Shown here one piece after another: positions 41,763 to 50,424 of a stretch of 64,000 nt of DNA. The translations under genes and the position numbers were made by a program. Source of the DNA: Leptolyngbyaceae cyanobacterium (lineage in GTDB: Bacteria; Cyanobacteriota; Cyanobacteriia; Phormidesmidales; Phormidesmidaceae). The stretch lies in the NCBI GenBank assembly GCA_965263355.1, contig CBDHHL010000032.1, forward strand, positions 3,296,001-3,360,000, read 5' to 3'. The notes below the pieces were generated by a model. It saw nothing but the letters and a program-made list of their open reading frames with translations, had not been told where the DNA came from and made no database searches. Positions within the stretch are counted from its first letter, which is position 1. The number at the start of each line of letters is the position of its first letter.

Positions 41763-42359
41763 GAACAACCATGTTATTGCTGATCAGACGATGAGTTTCT
41801 AACCAAAACTCGTCTTCTATAACACTGACAGCGATATTTACGCGAAAGATCCGTTAGGAAGGCTGGGCATCTCTCAAAAGAGACTATTAATGTTAGACCT
41901 ATATAGGTTCCAACAACTGATGATCGCCTATAATCAGTCTTTTGCCATGCTACTCAGTGGTGTCCACACAGAAACGCGCTATTTGATGATAGCCAACAGC
42001 ATTTCCTAACTTTTGCAGAAAAATGGTTAGTGGCCTGAGACGATCTCAGATACCAGGCTATTAGCCCTATGGTGTAACCCAGTGATCAGGTGCTGCGTCG
42101 CACCTCATAAAAGCACCAGGCTCAGCGATAAGGCTTACACTTCAAACCATCAAGAATAGTTGATCATTTCTCATAAGCACCCTAGAAGCATTCAATTGAA
42201 AGGCTTTAGATAAACACAAAACTCTTTCTTACGATCATATAAATTTGTTGCTTGACTCAGCCCTAAAAGAGATTTACACTTCTCGGAAGTCGTTTTTAAC
42301 GACCTTCCCACAGAACTGAAAACCTGGCACTGTCGTCAGGTGGTGACGGGAGTATTCTA

Positions 42360-43634
42360 TAAAGCGGGAAATCAAATCATAGATAGCCTTGTATCAATAG
42401 ACACCTGGCCGTAAGAGTTTCCCCCTAGGAAAAAAGCTCTGCGGCAAAGCCCAGAGCCGTGTATCGTACCCTTGCGAATTACAGTCAGGGAACGATGAGT
42501 CACACTATACGAGAGCGAGGACAAAAAGTCTTCCAAGCCGTTAACGAAAAGTCAACTCAAGGCATAACGACGATTGCCTCAGCAATTGGGATCAGTAAAA
42601 GTAGTGTGCATCGTCATGAGCAAGCGATTCAACGTCGTAACCAGTATCCAGAATCAGAATTTTGGGAAAGTGAAGCCGGTAGTGCGTGGTTGAGACTGTT
42701 GGTGTTTGGCAGTATCTTTTTCTTTGGCATCAAACATGGCATCGGTGTTGGCGAGTTATCGCAATTTTTGAAAGCCCTTCGATTAGGGCTTCATGTGGGT
42801 TGTTCCCCAAGTGCCTTGACGAGGTTAAAAGCGCAAATGAAAGAGGCTATCGTCGCCTATGAAGCCTCTCAAGCAGACCATTGTCGTCCCGCAGAGGGAC
42901 AGGGGATAGGAGTGGGCTCAGACGAAGTCTTCTTTGGCTTGCCCGTGCTGGTGCTCATGGAATTGGGCAGTGGGTACATCTTCACCGAAGTTCAGAGCGA
43001 AGACCGTACCTATGCCACGTGGAGAGACCAGATTCAGGGGTGGTGGAGTCAGTCCGGAAGCCACACTGATATCGTCCGAGGCATTCATGCTTGGTGGTTA
43101 TGGGCCACTCACGCGCTGGAAACTCAAACCTCCTCTGTGGAGCTGCAAAATTGGGTAATAACGGCGCTGCTACCTTGGGTGTACTGGTTAGAGCAAACCG
43201 ATAAAACTCAGCAACATGAGTTGAAAGCTCGATACCAACAGGCGTCTGATAACGCAGCTCAACAACTCTTGGACCATCCCATCACTCAGACGATGGTGCC
43301 CACTGAACGTCAAATTTGGATTGATTGGGCCAAGTGGATGGTGACCCAGTATCAAAGCACCTCGTCGGCTGTCGAAGGACGTAATGGCTATCTGACTCGA
43401 TTACATCATTCGGGACGAGGGTTCTCCGAGCAAACCCTAAAGGTGCTCACCATTATCCATAATTTTCATCTCAAACGACCCGATGGCTCCACCGCCGCTC
43501 AGCGTTTATTTAACTATGAGTTTCCTGATTTATTTGACTGGGTCGTTGACCATATGGGCGCACTGCCACTGGCTCGTCAGTCTAAAAAAGCATATCGCCC
43601 TAATCCCTTTCACCTAGAAGGTTTCCCGGCTTAA
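42360..43634 (+). mobile_element. IS-like element with DUF6399-type transposase (42459/42495..43634), apparently internally deleted
   Basis: N-terminal HTH (IASAIGISKSSVHRH), GSDEVFF, STSSAVEGRNG, RPDGSTAAQRLF; imperfect ends TAAAGCGGGAAATC and (reverse complement) TTAAGCCGGGAAACC. Confidence 0.75.
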
Positions 43635-43668
43635 AATATAGGCCAATATTTCGAGCACTTGAAATGCG

Positions 43669-44253
43669 ATGAAAACTCTAACTTACCTAATTCCCCTAGT
43701 TCTAGTTTCCTGCACAAGTTCTAATTGGAGATGTAGTCTCCCTCGCCACAACAATTGCGAATTCTCTAGTAGTGTAGACCGTCCACTTCGCATAGCCACA
43801 GAAGCTGTCTCAAAACTTGAGTTGCAACCATGCATTGCGGATTTAGAGCAGCCTCAAGTTCTCTCACTTTCTTCTAAGGCAGGTCAACTCAGTTATTACG
43901 TAGCGTTTCCTACAATGAATATGGAGACGCCAATTGATATGAGACAAGTCGAAAGCTTACGAACAATTTTTGCCACAGATGTTTGCTGCCAAGTTTTAGC
44001 TCAATCTCAGGCTCAAGAGCTTGCTCATCAGCTATTGAATATTCGTCATAAGAACCTAATTGTCTTATGGGAAGGAAATATAGAGGCTGCGTGGGGCGAT
44101 ATTGTTAATCGATGGGAACGTGACCATGTTGTTTCCGGTCCAGGTCAACATCCCTTATATTTAGATATCGAAGATATTTGGATAGCGAAAACATTAAACT
44201 TACATTTGCCAGAATATAGTCCTCTCTATATCAATTCTTCGACAGGGCAATAG
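43669..44253 (+). CDS. Hypothetical lipoprotein
   Basis: MKTLTYLIPLVLVSC lipobox-like N-terminus; AT-rich. Confidence 0.55.
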   Translation: MKTLTYLIPLVLVSCTSSNWRCSLPRHNNCEFSSSVDRPLRIATEAVSKLELQPCIADLEQPQVLSLSSKAGQLSYYVAFPTMNMETPIDMRQVESLRTIFATDVCCQVLAQSQAQELAHQLLNIRHKNLIVLWEGNIEAAWGDIVNRWERDHVVSGPGQHPLYLDIEDIWIAKTLNLHLPEYSPLYINSSTGQ

Positions 44254-44473
44254 AGAAGACTAGACTGTAGACATAGTAGCTATGGTGGCTAATTATCCTT
44301 GCCAGAGTACTGTGTAAGCTTTCGATAAATTTGGGTTCTTAGACATCACAAGCTATATTTAGAAAAATTGTATGAAAAGGCAGGAAACTACAACATTACA
44401 AAATATCTTTAGTGCGATCGCATATCACTGTAGCCTGTATTAAGGCATAACACTCAGGAACTAGCCCGTATAT

Positions 44474-44561
44474 GCCTAACTTGGCATTGGAACAGATGTG
44501 TAGCTCAAGCATAAGACTCCCTCGGAAATATGCTTAACATCGCTCAACTTTATTGTTACCC
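44474..44561 (+). other. attC-like integron recombination site
   Basis: R'' GCCTAAC, 5-bp spacer, L'' ATTGGAAC, inner stems gatgt/acatc and aagcata/tatgctt, L' GCTCAAC, 6-bp spacer, R' GTTACCC; the next ATG is 39 bp downstream. Confidence 0.65.
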
Positions 44562-44599
44562 TTTATCTAGAGCCAATGGTTTACCGACGGAGACTATAA

Positions 44600-45208
44600 A
44601 TGGACGCTGAAAAGTATGAAAAGCAACTAAGTGATATAGCACAAGAGCTTTGGATACATCGAGGACGACAATCAGGCGATACGCCTGATCAAAATGATCG
44701 AGAAAGGGCAGAAAGAATACTTAACCAAATAGATTCCTCAGAAGATAATTCCGTAAAGTATCGTGAGCTATATAAAATACTACGGGCATATGTTGTCCAT
44801 GAAGACAACTTAATCAATAATAGATTAGGCTGGCTTCTCACAAGCCAAGGTTTACTCTTCTCTGCATATGCCTTTTCCTTAGGAAAAGAGAATATCAGTA
44901 AGCTTCATATAGTCATTTTCATTCTTGGTATAAGCATAAGCATTATCAGTTTTATAATTGTTTCTCAGGCACAAATGGCCATAGAGAGCCTGCGCAAAAG
45001 TTGGCAAGATCTAGAGAACTTTTCTGATAAAGAGTTATTCCCACAATTGACAAGTGGTCTTAAATCTAACGAAAGTAGAAGCAGTTCGGATCATTTACTG
45101 TCTCGGTCTGTTTTAGCGATCCCACTTGCTTTTTTTATCGCTTGGATCTGTTTATCAGGGGTTTGGGACACTGGCATTGATTTTTTGCATCACCTACCAA
45201 AAGAATAA
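44600..45208 (+). CDS. Hypothetical membrane protein (DUF2934-like N-terminus, three TM helices), cassette-like
   Basis: IAQELWIHRGRQSG..DRERAE; HEDNLINNRLGWLLTSQGLLFSAY plus hydrophobic helices; GGAG RBS. Confidence 0.65.
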   Translation: MDAEKYEKQLSDIAQELWIHRGRQSGDTPDQNDRERAERILNQIDSSEDNSVKYRELYKILRAYVVHEDNLINNRLGWLLTSQGLLFSAYAFSLGKENISKLHIVIFILGISISIISFIIVSQAQMAIESLRKSWQDLENFSDKELFPQLTSGLKSNESRSSSDHLLSRSVLAIPLAFFIAWICLSGVWDTGIDFLHHLPKE

Positions 45209-45210
45209 CT

Positions 45211-45411
45211 ATGGGTAAATTTCCTGAAATCAAAAACTTAAACTACCAAGCTTTGTCTATTACAGCTGGTTGGCAGGTGATAATAAATATTTTTTTTGAA
45301 CTTGATCCAGATGATGATTTGAAGAATAGAGAAGTTATTAATATTGACGCTGATAAAGAGAACTTATCTCCCTGGGAAAAAGTCCTAAAAACCTATTTCT
45401 TTTCAAACTGA
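45211..45411 (+). pseudogene. Probably 3'-truncated hypothetical gene
   Basis: 66-aa ORF starting 2 bp after the previous stop; its end overlaps the convergent gene 45393..45833. Confidence 0.4.
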
Positions 45412-45833
45412 GGCAAACTCTGCCCTTGTAAAATTGCCTCAGCTGCCGCCACTTGCCATTGACGAGCAATGTCTGCGTCATCACCCGCCGCTCTAAGGGC
45501 AGAGTTTGTCGCTTCAAGGCCATCCCGTGCACCTGCGGCCCAAGCCGGTGCCAAATAGTAATCAGAATAATCGAAATACCTCACACCGCCATCCATCATG
45601 TCAAGAGTGGCAGAAATGTCCGCGTATTTTGCATTTTCTCTCGTGGGTTGATCAAGCCATCGCTGGGCGACGCTGATAAAACTTCTCTCCCCCTCGTCAT
45701 TCACCTCAGACGGAAGACGTTGGGAAACATAATAAATCGTTTGCTGTACTACAGCTTGCTTAAAGCAGAGCTGTTGCTGTGGCGTCATCCGGCTAAATAA
45801 AGCCTCTAAGGTATTGCGGGATTCAGTGTTCAT
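45393..45833 (-). CDS. Hypothetical protein
   Basis: 146-aa helical ORF with GGAG RBS before the ATG at 45833. Confidence 0.65.
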   Translation of the reverse strand: MNTESRNTLEALFSRMTPQQQLCFKQAVVQQTIYYVSQRLPSEVNDEGERSFISVAQRWLDQPTRENAKYADISATLDMMDGGVRYFDYSDYYLAPAWAAGARDGLEATNSALRAAGDDADIARQWQVAAAEAILQGQSLPQFEKK

Positions 45834-46030
45834 AGCCTTCTCCACCTTAACCTACGGTCCTCAGTTATTCCACCACCTCTCAGGAGCAACCGCTTTGGCT
45901 GTGTTCTCTTGGTTTCTAGAGTTGTAGAATAACCTATCGTATAAACTAACCCCCTTGGCTGCTTAGGATAACCGATGTAGCGCATTCCTCCTTGAAAAAG
46001 TGATTTAGGTGGACAGATCTTTACTTTAAT

Positions 46031-46044
46031 AGTACACTTGTTCT
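46031..46044. promoter_or_regulatory. Cyanobacterial LexA (SOS) box overlapping a minus-strand -10 (TACTAT)
   Basis: AGTAC-ACT-TGTTC-T, an exact match to RGTAC-NNN-DGTWC-B. Confidence 0.7.
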
Positions 46045-46085
46045 GTATCGTTAACAGTTGACATATTAGTTGTTGTCTTGCCAAC

Positions 46086-46092
46086 GTTAGAC
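46086..46092 (+). other. GTTAGAC core site, candidate attI crossover point
   Basis: GTTRRRY 35 bp upstream of the cassette-like VOC gene, with no attC palindrome upstream of it. Confidence 0.45.
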
Positions 46093-46120
46093 AAATGAAT
46101 AATTACTGAGGAGAAATCTC

Positions 46121-46501
46121 ATGGCAAATAATCCTGTAGCTTGGTTTGAAATTTATGTAGACGATTTAAATAGGGCCAAAAAGTTTTATGAATCTGTGCT
46201 CAGTGTAACTTTGGAAATGTTGAATGACCCCAATGATCCCAGTATTGAAATGTTATCGTTTCCGTCAGATATGGAGAAGTATGGTGCTAGCGGTGCCCTA
46301 GTTAAAATGGAGGGTTTTGCAGCTGGTGGAAATAGTACATTGATCTATTTTTCATGCGAAGATTGTGCCATCGAAGAATCTAGAGTTGAAGCCGCAGGTG
46401 GTCGTATCCAAAAGCCAAAAATGTCTATTGGCAACTATGGCTTTATTTCTCTTGCTATAGATTCTGAAGGTAATATGTTTGGCTTGCACTCGATGCAATA
46501 A
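46121..46501 (+). CDS. VOC/glyoxalase family protein (cassette-like)
   Basis: NPVAWFEIYVDDLNRAKKFYE...GALVKM...IYF...GG.I..PKMSIG.YGFI.LAIDSEGNMFGLHS; GAGGAG RBS. Confidence 0.9.
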   Translation: MANNPVAWFEIYVDDLNRAKKFYESVLSVTLEMLNDPNDPSIEMLSFPSDMEKYGASGALVKMEGFAAGGNSTLIYFSCEDCAIEESRVEAAGGRIQKPKMSIGNYGFISLAIDSEGNMFGLHSMQ

Positions 46502-46573
46502 CTTGCAGCGAAATTCAAGAAAACTCATGATGTTTTTTAGGAGTGATTGGAGCTGCTCAATTTCACGTTATTT
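46496..46573 (+). other. Degenerate attC-like site
   Basis: CAATAAC contains the VOC stop codon; L'' TTG(C)AGC pairs with L' GCTCAA; 5-bp spacer; R' GTTATTT; the left spacer is missing. Confidence 0.55.
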
Positions 46574-46592
46574 GTTTATCCAGTAGTCCAAC

Positions 46593-47003
46593 ATGGGTAT
46601 TGCTATGTCTCATAACACGAAAGCTATTAGTGACCTATTTGTTGTTATCGATGCCGAAAAGAATGCCTCCTTAGAGGTACCTGATGCTGAACTCTATGCT
46701 CGATTAGGGGCAAACTACGGTGGATTTAGGGGCTGTGAACTTATTTCATGTCATAGCTTTGAGAAGGATTGGGATAGTTGGGAGAATCATCCCCATGGAG
46801 ATGAGGTAGTTCTACTATTAGAAGGCAAGGTGACATTCCTGCTGCAGTTAGATAGTGGGCAAATATCTATAGTCCTAGAAAAGATGGGTGACTACGGCAT
46901 TGTGCCTAAAAATACCTGGCATACCGCGAAGATTCACAGCGCTTCAAGAGTGTTATTCATAACACCTGGTGAAGGCACAATGCTGAAAAGTATTGAATGC
47001 TGA
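46593..47003 (+). CDS. Cupin domain protein (cassette-like)
   Basis: WDSWENHPHGDEVVLLLEG...IVPKNTWHTA...LFITPGEGT. Confidence 0.88.
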   Translation: MGIAMSHNTKAISDLFVVIDAEKNASLEVPDAELYARLGANYGGFRGCELISCHSFEKDWDSWENHPHGDEVVLLLEGKVTFLLQLDSGQISIVLEKMGDYGIVPKNTWHTAKIHSASRVLFITPGEGTMLKSIEC

Positions 47004-47336
47004 GGCCATTACCCAATCGATGGTGATTTCCTCTAATCCAAGGCCATCCGGGTTAATCACGATAGCATTAAACGATTGGACCTTGAATTGGCTTGGAACG
47101 GTTTGACCAGTTTCTAATACTTGATAAGCTATAGCATTTTCAATACAAGCGTATTACTAAAGCAGTTGCTTATCCTTGGCCGAAAAGCTTAATAAATCGA
47201 CCTGAGTGAGCAACGACACAATGGAAGATAACGAAGATCATAAAGTTTCGTTTGGAATGCTTCAGCTGGTACCTGTTTCTCTATACAGAGAAGCAAACAG
47301 CTCACCTGTCTCTCCAACAAACAGCATAGTCCGTGC

Positions 47337-47367
47337 CCCCTAACATCGCTGCTAGGGGATTTTTTTT
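47337..47367 (+). terminator. Intrinsic terminator with no immediately preceding CDS
   Basis: cccctaac...gctagggg followed by A and a T8 run. Confidence 0.55.
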
Positions 47368-47523
47368 GCCTTGTGACACCAGTCACCAACGTTACTCAGC
47401 CAGTCTCAGAAACCCTTTAATCATATTTCAGGTACCGGTCAGATAGCGCTCAGCTACCCCCGGCATTCTTGTAATCAATGAAGCAATTCAAACACTTCAC
47501 TGATACCCCAAGGAGCTTTAACT

Positions 47524-47826
47524 ATGAAACGTACACTTCTTTCTGCTTTAACTCTTCTCGTTACATCTGCTGCTATTGCCCCCATTTCTTCCGCTATCGA
47601 GCCCACTAGCTTCAATATCCAAGAAGCTCGACTAGAAGCCCTGGATGCTCGCACTAAGAACAGTGTCCACAAACTACGCATTGAGCACCTTAACAACCAA
47701 ACTAAAGTCGTTGAGGATATTCAATCTGCTCGTTTAGACGCATTGGATGCTCGGACTAAAGCTGTCGATAACATCCAGGAAGCTCGCCTAGAGGCGCTAG
47801 ACGCCCGTACTAAGTCCATCCGCTAA
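47524..47826 (+). CDS. Small secreted protein with ~17-aa internal repeats
   Basis: Sec signal peptide; IQEARLEALDARTK-type unit x3 plus one degenerate; AAGGAG RBS. Confidence 0.85.
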   Translation: MKRTLLSALTLLVTSAAIAPISSAIEPTSFNIQEARLEALDARTKNSVHKLRIEHLNNQTKVVEDIQSARLDALDARTKAVDNIQEARLEALDARTKSIR

Positions 47827-47955
47827 CAGAAGATTGCTGAGCTGTTGCGGTACTCGGGCTGACAAGCTTGGGTGCTCGGTGCAGACTCCGTAATCTGTGA
47901 AAGGCTTCATTTTCAGGGCACCCTTTTCCTCTCAGACTCTCCAAACACACACTCT

Positions 47956-47987
47956 AAGCCTCTGCCGGTATGGTGAAGGCTTTTTTT
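47956..47987 (+). terminator. Intrinsic terminator
   Basis: aagcct...aggctt stem followed by T7. Confidence 0.6.
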
Positions 47988-48172
47988 GGGTTAGGGTTGC
48001 GATCGCAAATCAACCTCCATCCAGGATACGAATGCAACACTTAATGCCAGACTTTAGTCACACAATAAGCAGGCAACTTTTCTTAATTTCCAATCAATTA
48101 CTCAAGCAACCTGTGAGAAGTATCACTAAGCGCGCTTGATAGTCTTAATTATCTACATTGAACTTTTAACCT

Positions 48173-48679
48173 ATGAAAATAGTTCCCATCGTTCTCACCA
48201 CCGTCCTCGGTACCACAAGTATCTCGACCATTGACCAAACTAGCCCTATAGCCTTAGCCCAAAACGTTTCTGACAATTATTGGCGAGGCCAGCCGAGAGT
48301 AGTACTAATCGCCGATAACCCAACCTGGAAATTTGGGTATTTATCGCCTCGAAATATCGGCTCACACTATACTGATATCCTCGGCGATACCTACAACGCT
48401 AATCAGACTTGGTTAGCAGTCCCCTTTGTGCTGAAAAACAACAGCAACCAGACACAACAGAGAGACAACTTAATGATTGGTAGTAGGATTCGTTCTGGCA
48501 ATAACACCTATGACCCGAGTTTAATGGTCTTTACCGCCGTAGGAGACAATATTAATCCTTACGATCCGGGAGAAGCCAGAAAAGGGTTATTTTTATTTGA
48601 TGTCCCTAGCCATATCATCAACGCAGAGCAGCTGATTCTCCAAGGATGGTCAGATGCACCAACCATTATTGATTTTTAG
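48173..48679 (+). CDS. Secreted hypothetical protein (DUF4352-like beta-sandwich)
   Basis: Signal peptide; WLAVPFVLKNNS...NTYDP...DPGEARKGLFLFDVP. Confidence 0.65.
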   Translation: MKIVPIVLTTVLGTTSISTIDQTSPIALAQNVSDNYWRGQPRVVLIADNPTWKFGYLSPRNIGSHYTDILGDTYNANQTWLAVPFVLKNNSNQTQQRDNLMIGSRIRSGNNTYDPSLMVFTAVGDNINPYDPGEARKGLFLFDVPSHIINAEQLILQGWSDAPTIIDF

Positions 48680-48742
48680 ACACTAAAACGCTGCTAACCG
48701 ATTCGATAGCAGCGCCTACCCATTTGAAATCATCAGAGTAAT

Positions 48743-49291
48743 CTAAGCAGTCTGCATTTTCCGTCTGAACTGGCTTAGCAAATCAGCGGCCACCTTCTGC
48801 GCATCAAACGTCGGAGCCTTTGCCCTCCGGACCTGATCCACTTTCGCCTTAGTCACAGGATGCAAATCCTCGTACCCCATTTGGCTAGCTATCGCCATCA
48901 CCAACTGCTGCTCAGCCGTTAAACGCTGCCCTGCAATCTCAGACGCCTCCAAGTACAACGCCTCCATATCTAGTCCTGCCATTAGGTTCAACTCTTCCAG
49001 AGGCTCAGCCATATCATCCCGTTCAGCACTCTCCGCCACAACCAACGACGACTCAAGCGCCTCATGAATATCAAAGTCTTCTATCCTTCCACCAGCTACA
49101 ACATGCCGACGTAATAACCGCACTGATTTTGCCTGAGCTTGTGTAAGATACGCCCTATTATTTGAATCCTTCTCAGCCTTAATTCCTAAGTGCTTTAGAT
49201 AGTCGTAATAGGCTTGTCTTTTAATATCAAGTTCACGCATCAGCTCTTCCGGTCGGAACTGCTGTTCAACGGCGAAATTCCGGTTAACCAT
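48743..49291 (-). CDS. Hypothetical protein with N-terminal HTH-like segment
   Basis: RPEELMRELDIKRQAYYDYLKHLGI, HTH-like. Confidence 0.65.
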   Translation of the reverse strand: MVNRNFAVEQQFRPEELMRELDIKRQAYYDYLKHLGIKAEKDSNNRAYLTQAQAKSVRLLRRHVVAGGRIEDFDIHEALESSLVVAESAERDDMAEPLEELNLMAGLDMEALYLEASEIAGQRLTAEQQLVMAIASQMGYEDLHPVTKAKVDQVRRAKAPTFDAQKVAADLLSQFRRKMQTA

Positions 49292-49444
49292 AATTTTTCT
49301 TGAAAGTCAGCATACATATTATGGGAATCGTCAGACAAAAACATGACCGAGTATTTCCGGGTTTCCGGTGAAGATTCCATGAGCACCAGAAACAATTTTT
49401 GTTGAAATATTATTGTTTCAAAGGCAACTTATGAGGGGCCATAC

Positions 49445-49483
49445 AAAAAAGATCCCTGGGATAGGAGAGAGAATCCCCAGGGA
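49445..49483 (-). terminator. Terminator of the psb34/psb35-like operon
   Basis: Minus strand tccctgggga...tcccagggatc-TTTTTT. Confidence 0.7.
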
Positions 49484-49524
49484 CCGATGGAATAGGCTAT
49501 AGATATCAGTTAAAACGAATGCAG

Positions 49525-49755
49525 TTAGCTGTTGGCTACGTTGCTGGTGTAAGCATCACCGCCAAAGGGATAGACACGCTCGTTGAAATCAGTTTCACGA
49601 CCGGTCACCAACTTGGCAACATCCTCGAAACCATCGGAGTTCCAGTTGCGCTCGTGGATAGGCTTAGACTGCTCACCAAAGAAGTAGGCCTGGGTACCAA
49701 GAATGGCTGCTGCGACCCAACCGACGATAATGACAGCTAATAAGATACCAAACAT
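49525..49755 (-). CDS. Psb35-related photosystem II-associated small membrane protein
   Basis: GWVAAAILGTQAYF.GEQSKPIHERNW motif; GGAG RBS. Confidence 0.7.
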   Translation of the reverse strand: MFGILLAVIIVGWVAAAILGTQAYFFGEQSKPIHERNWNSDGFEDVAKLVTGRETDFNERVYPFGGDAYTSNVANS

Positions 49756-49808
49756 AATTGCGTCTCCTTGTATTGAAGTGTGGTGTGACGTGAATGGACG
49801 TTTACGAA

Positions 49809-49979
49809 CTAGCTAACAGATAGGGCAGTTAGCATCAATGTGCCGATCAGTAGCGCAGCTAAACCACCCTGGAGCAGGTAACGACGCTGCTGCTCAGGAG
49901 CGGGATAGGACGCTAGATACATTTCGGGTTCGGTAGCGTAGTTATTGAGCTGCCCAGTTTCATTAATGGTTGTGTACAT
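49809..49979 (-). CDS. psb34: Psb34/Ssl1498-family PSII assembly protein
   Basis: MYTTINETGQLNNYATEPEMYLASYP..EQQRRY plus one TM helix. Confidence 0.85.
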   Translation of the reverse strand: MYTTINETGQLNNYATEPEMYLASYPAPEQQRRYLLQGGLAALLIGTLMLTALSVS

Positions 49980-50011
49980 GGTTTTGATGTCCCTTTGTAA
50001 TGACTGCTTTC

Positions 50012-50029
50012 TATGTAAATTAATGTAAC
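50012..50029 (-). promoter_or_regulatory. HLR1 motif (RpaB binding site)
   Basis: Minus strand GTTACATT-AA-TTTACATA, exact consensus, 33 bp upstream of psb34. Confidence 0.8.
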
Positions 50030-50082
50030 GCATTGCGTAACGATTTGTCAATTTGCTTGACAAAAATAGTTTTATTGATGTT

Positions 50083-50343
50083 ATGAATTCAGTCTATGAA
50101 TCGCCACGGGAAACCGTAGCAACCTCGGCCCAACGCCTTTAACGGGCAATTTGTGTAGAGATTGACTTGATTGATGGGTTGCTGGTGCAACTTACGGAGT
50201 ACCTGACGGTGGCAGCTGCACTTGCTCGATGGGAATGCCCAGCTGATTTGTTAGCTCTATAACATTGGTGGTCAACGTGGAAACATCATCCGAGACGGCA
50301 GCAGCTCCGCTGGCAATATTGCCGATGGCAGCGCCTAGGATAA
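50083..50343 (+). pseudogene. Possible decayed small gene with two in-frame TAA
   Basis: MNSVYESPRETVATSAQRL*RAICVEIDLIDGLLVQLTEYLTVAAALARWECPADLLAL*HWWSTWKHHPRRQQLRWQYCRWQRLG*. Confidence 0.35.
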
Positions 50344-50424
50344 CTAGCTTTTTCAAGCACCGACCGATACGACCTTGATTGAATTGACTTCAAGCAAATT
50401 GGCTTTACTTGTTTTAACCAGTCC

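Noticed and set aside
38041..41772. Long antisense ORFs (38041..38646, 40942..41772 and similar ones over RTX genes)
   Set aside because: Shadow frames produced by Gly/Asp/Asn codon bias; S/P/L-rich with no independent evidence
41790..41900. TTCTAAC, GTTAGGA and GTTAGAC as further attC sites
   Set aside because: Core heptamers are present but I could not find L''/L' boxes at the right spacing
33830..44410. Apparent HIP1 absence as proof of horizontal transfer
   Set aside because: Counted by eye only; other multi-kb HIP1-free stretches include core genes, so it is not significant without statistics
45830..46084. 84-aa minus-strand ORF as a functional gene
   Set aside because: It spans the LexA box and promoter region and looks chimeric; treated only as a possible intI remnant
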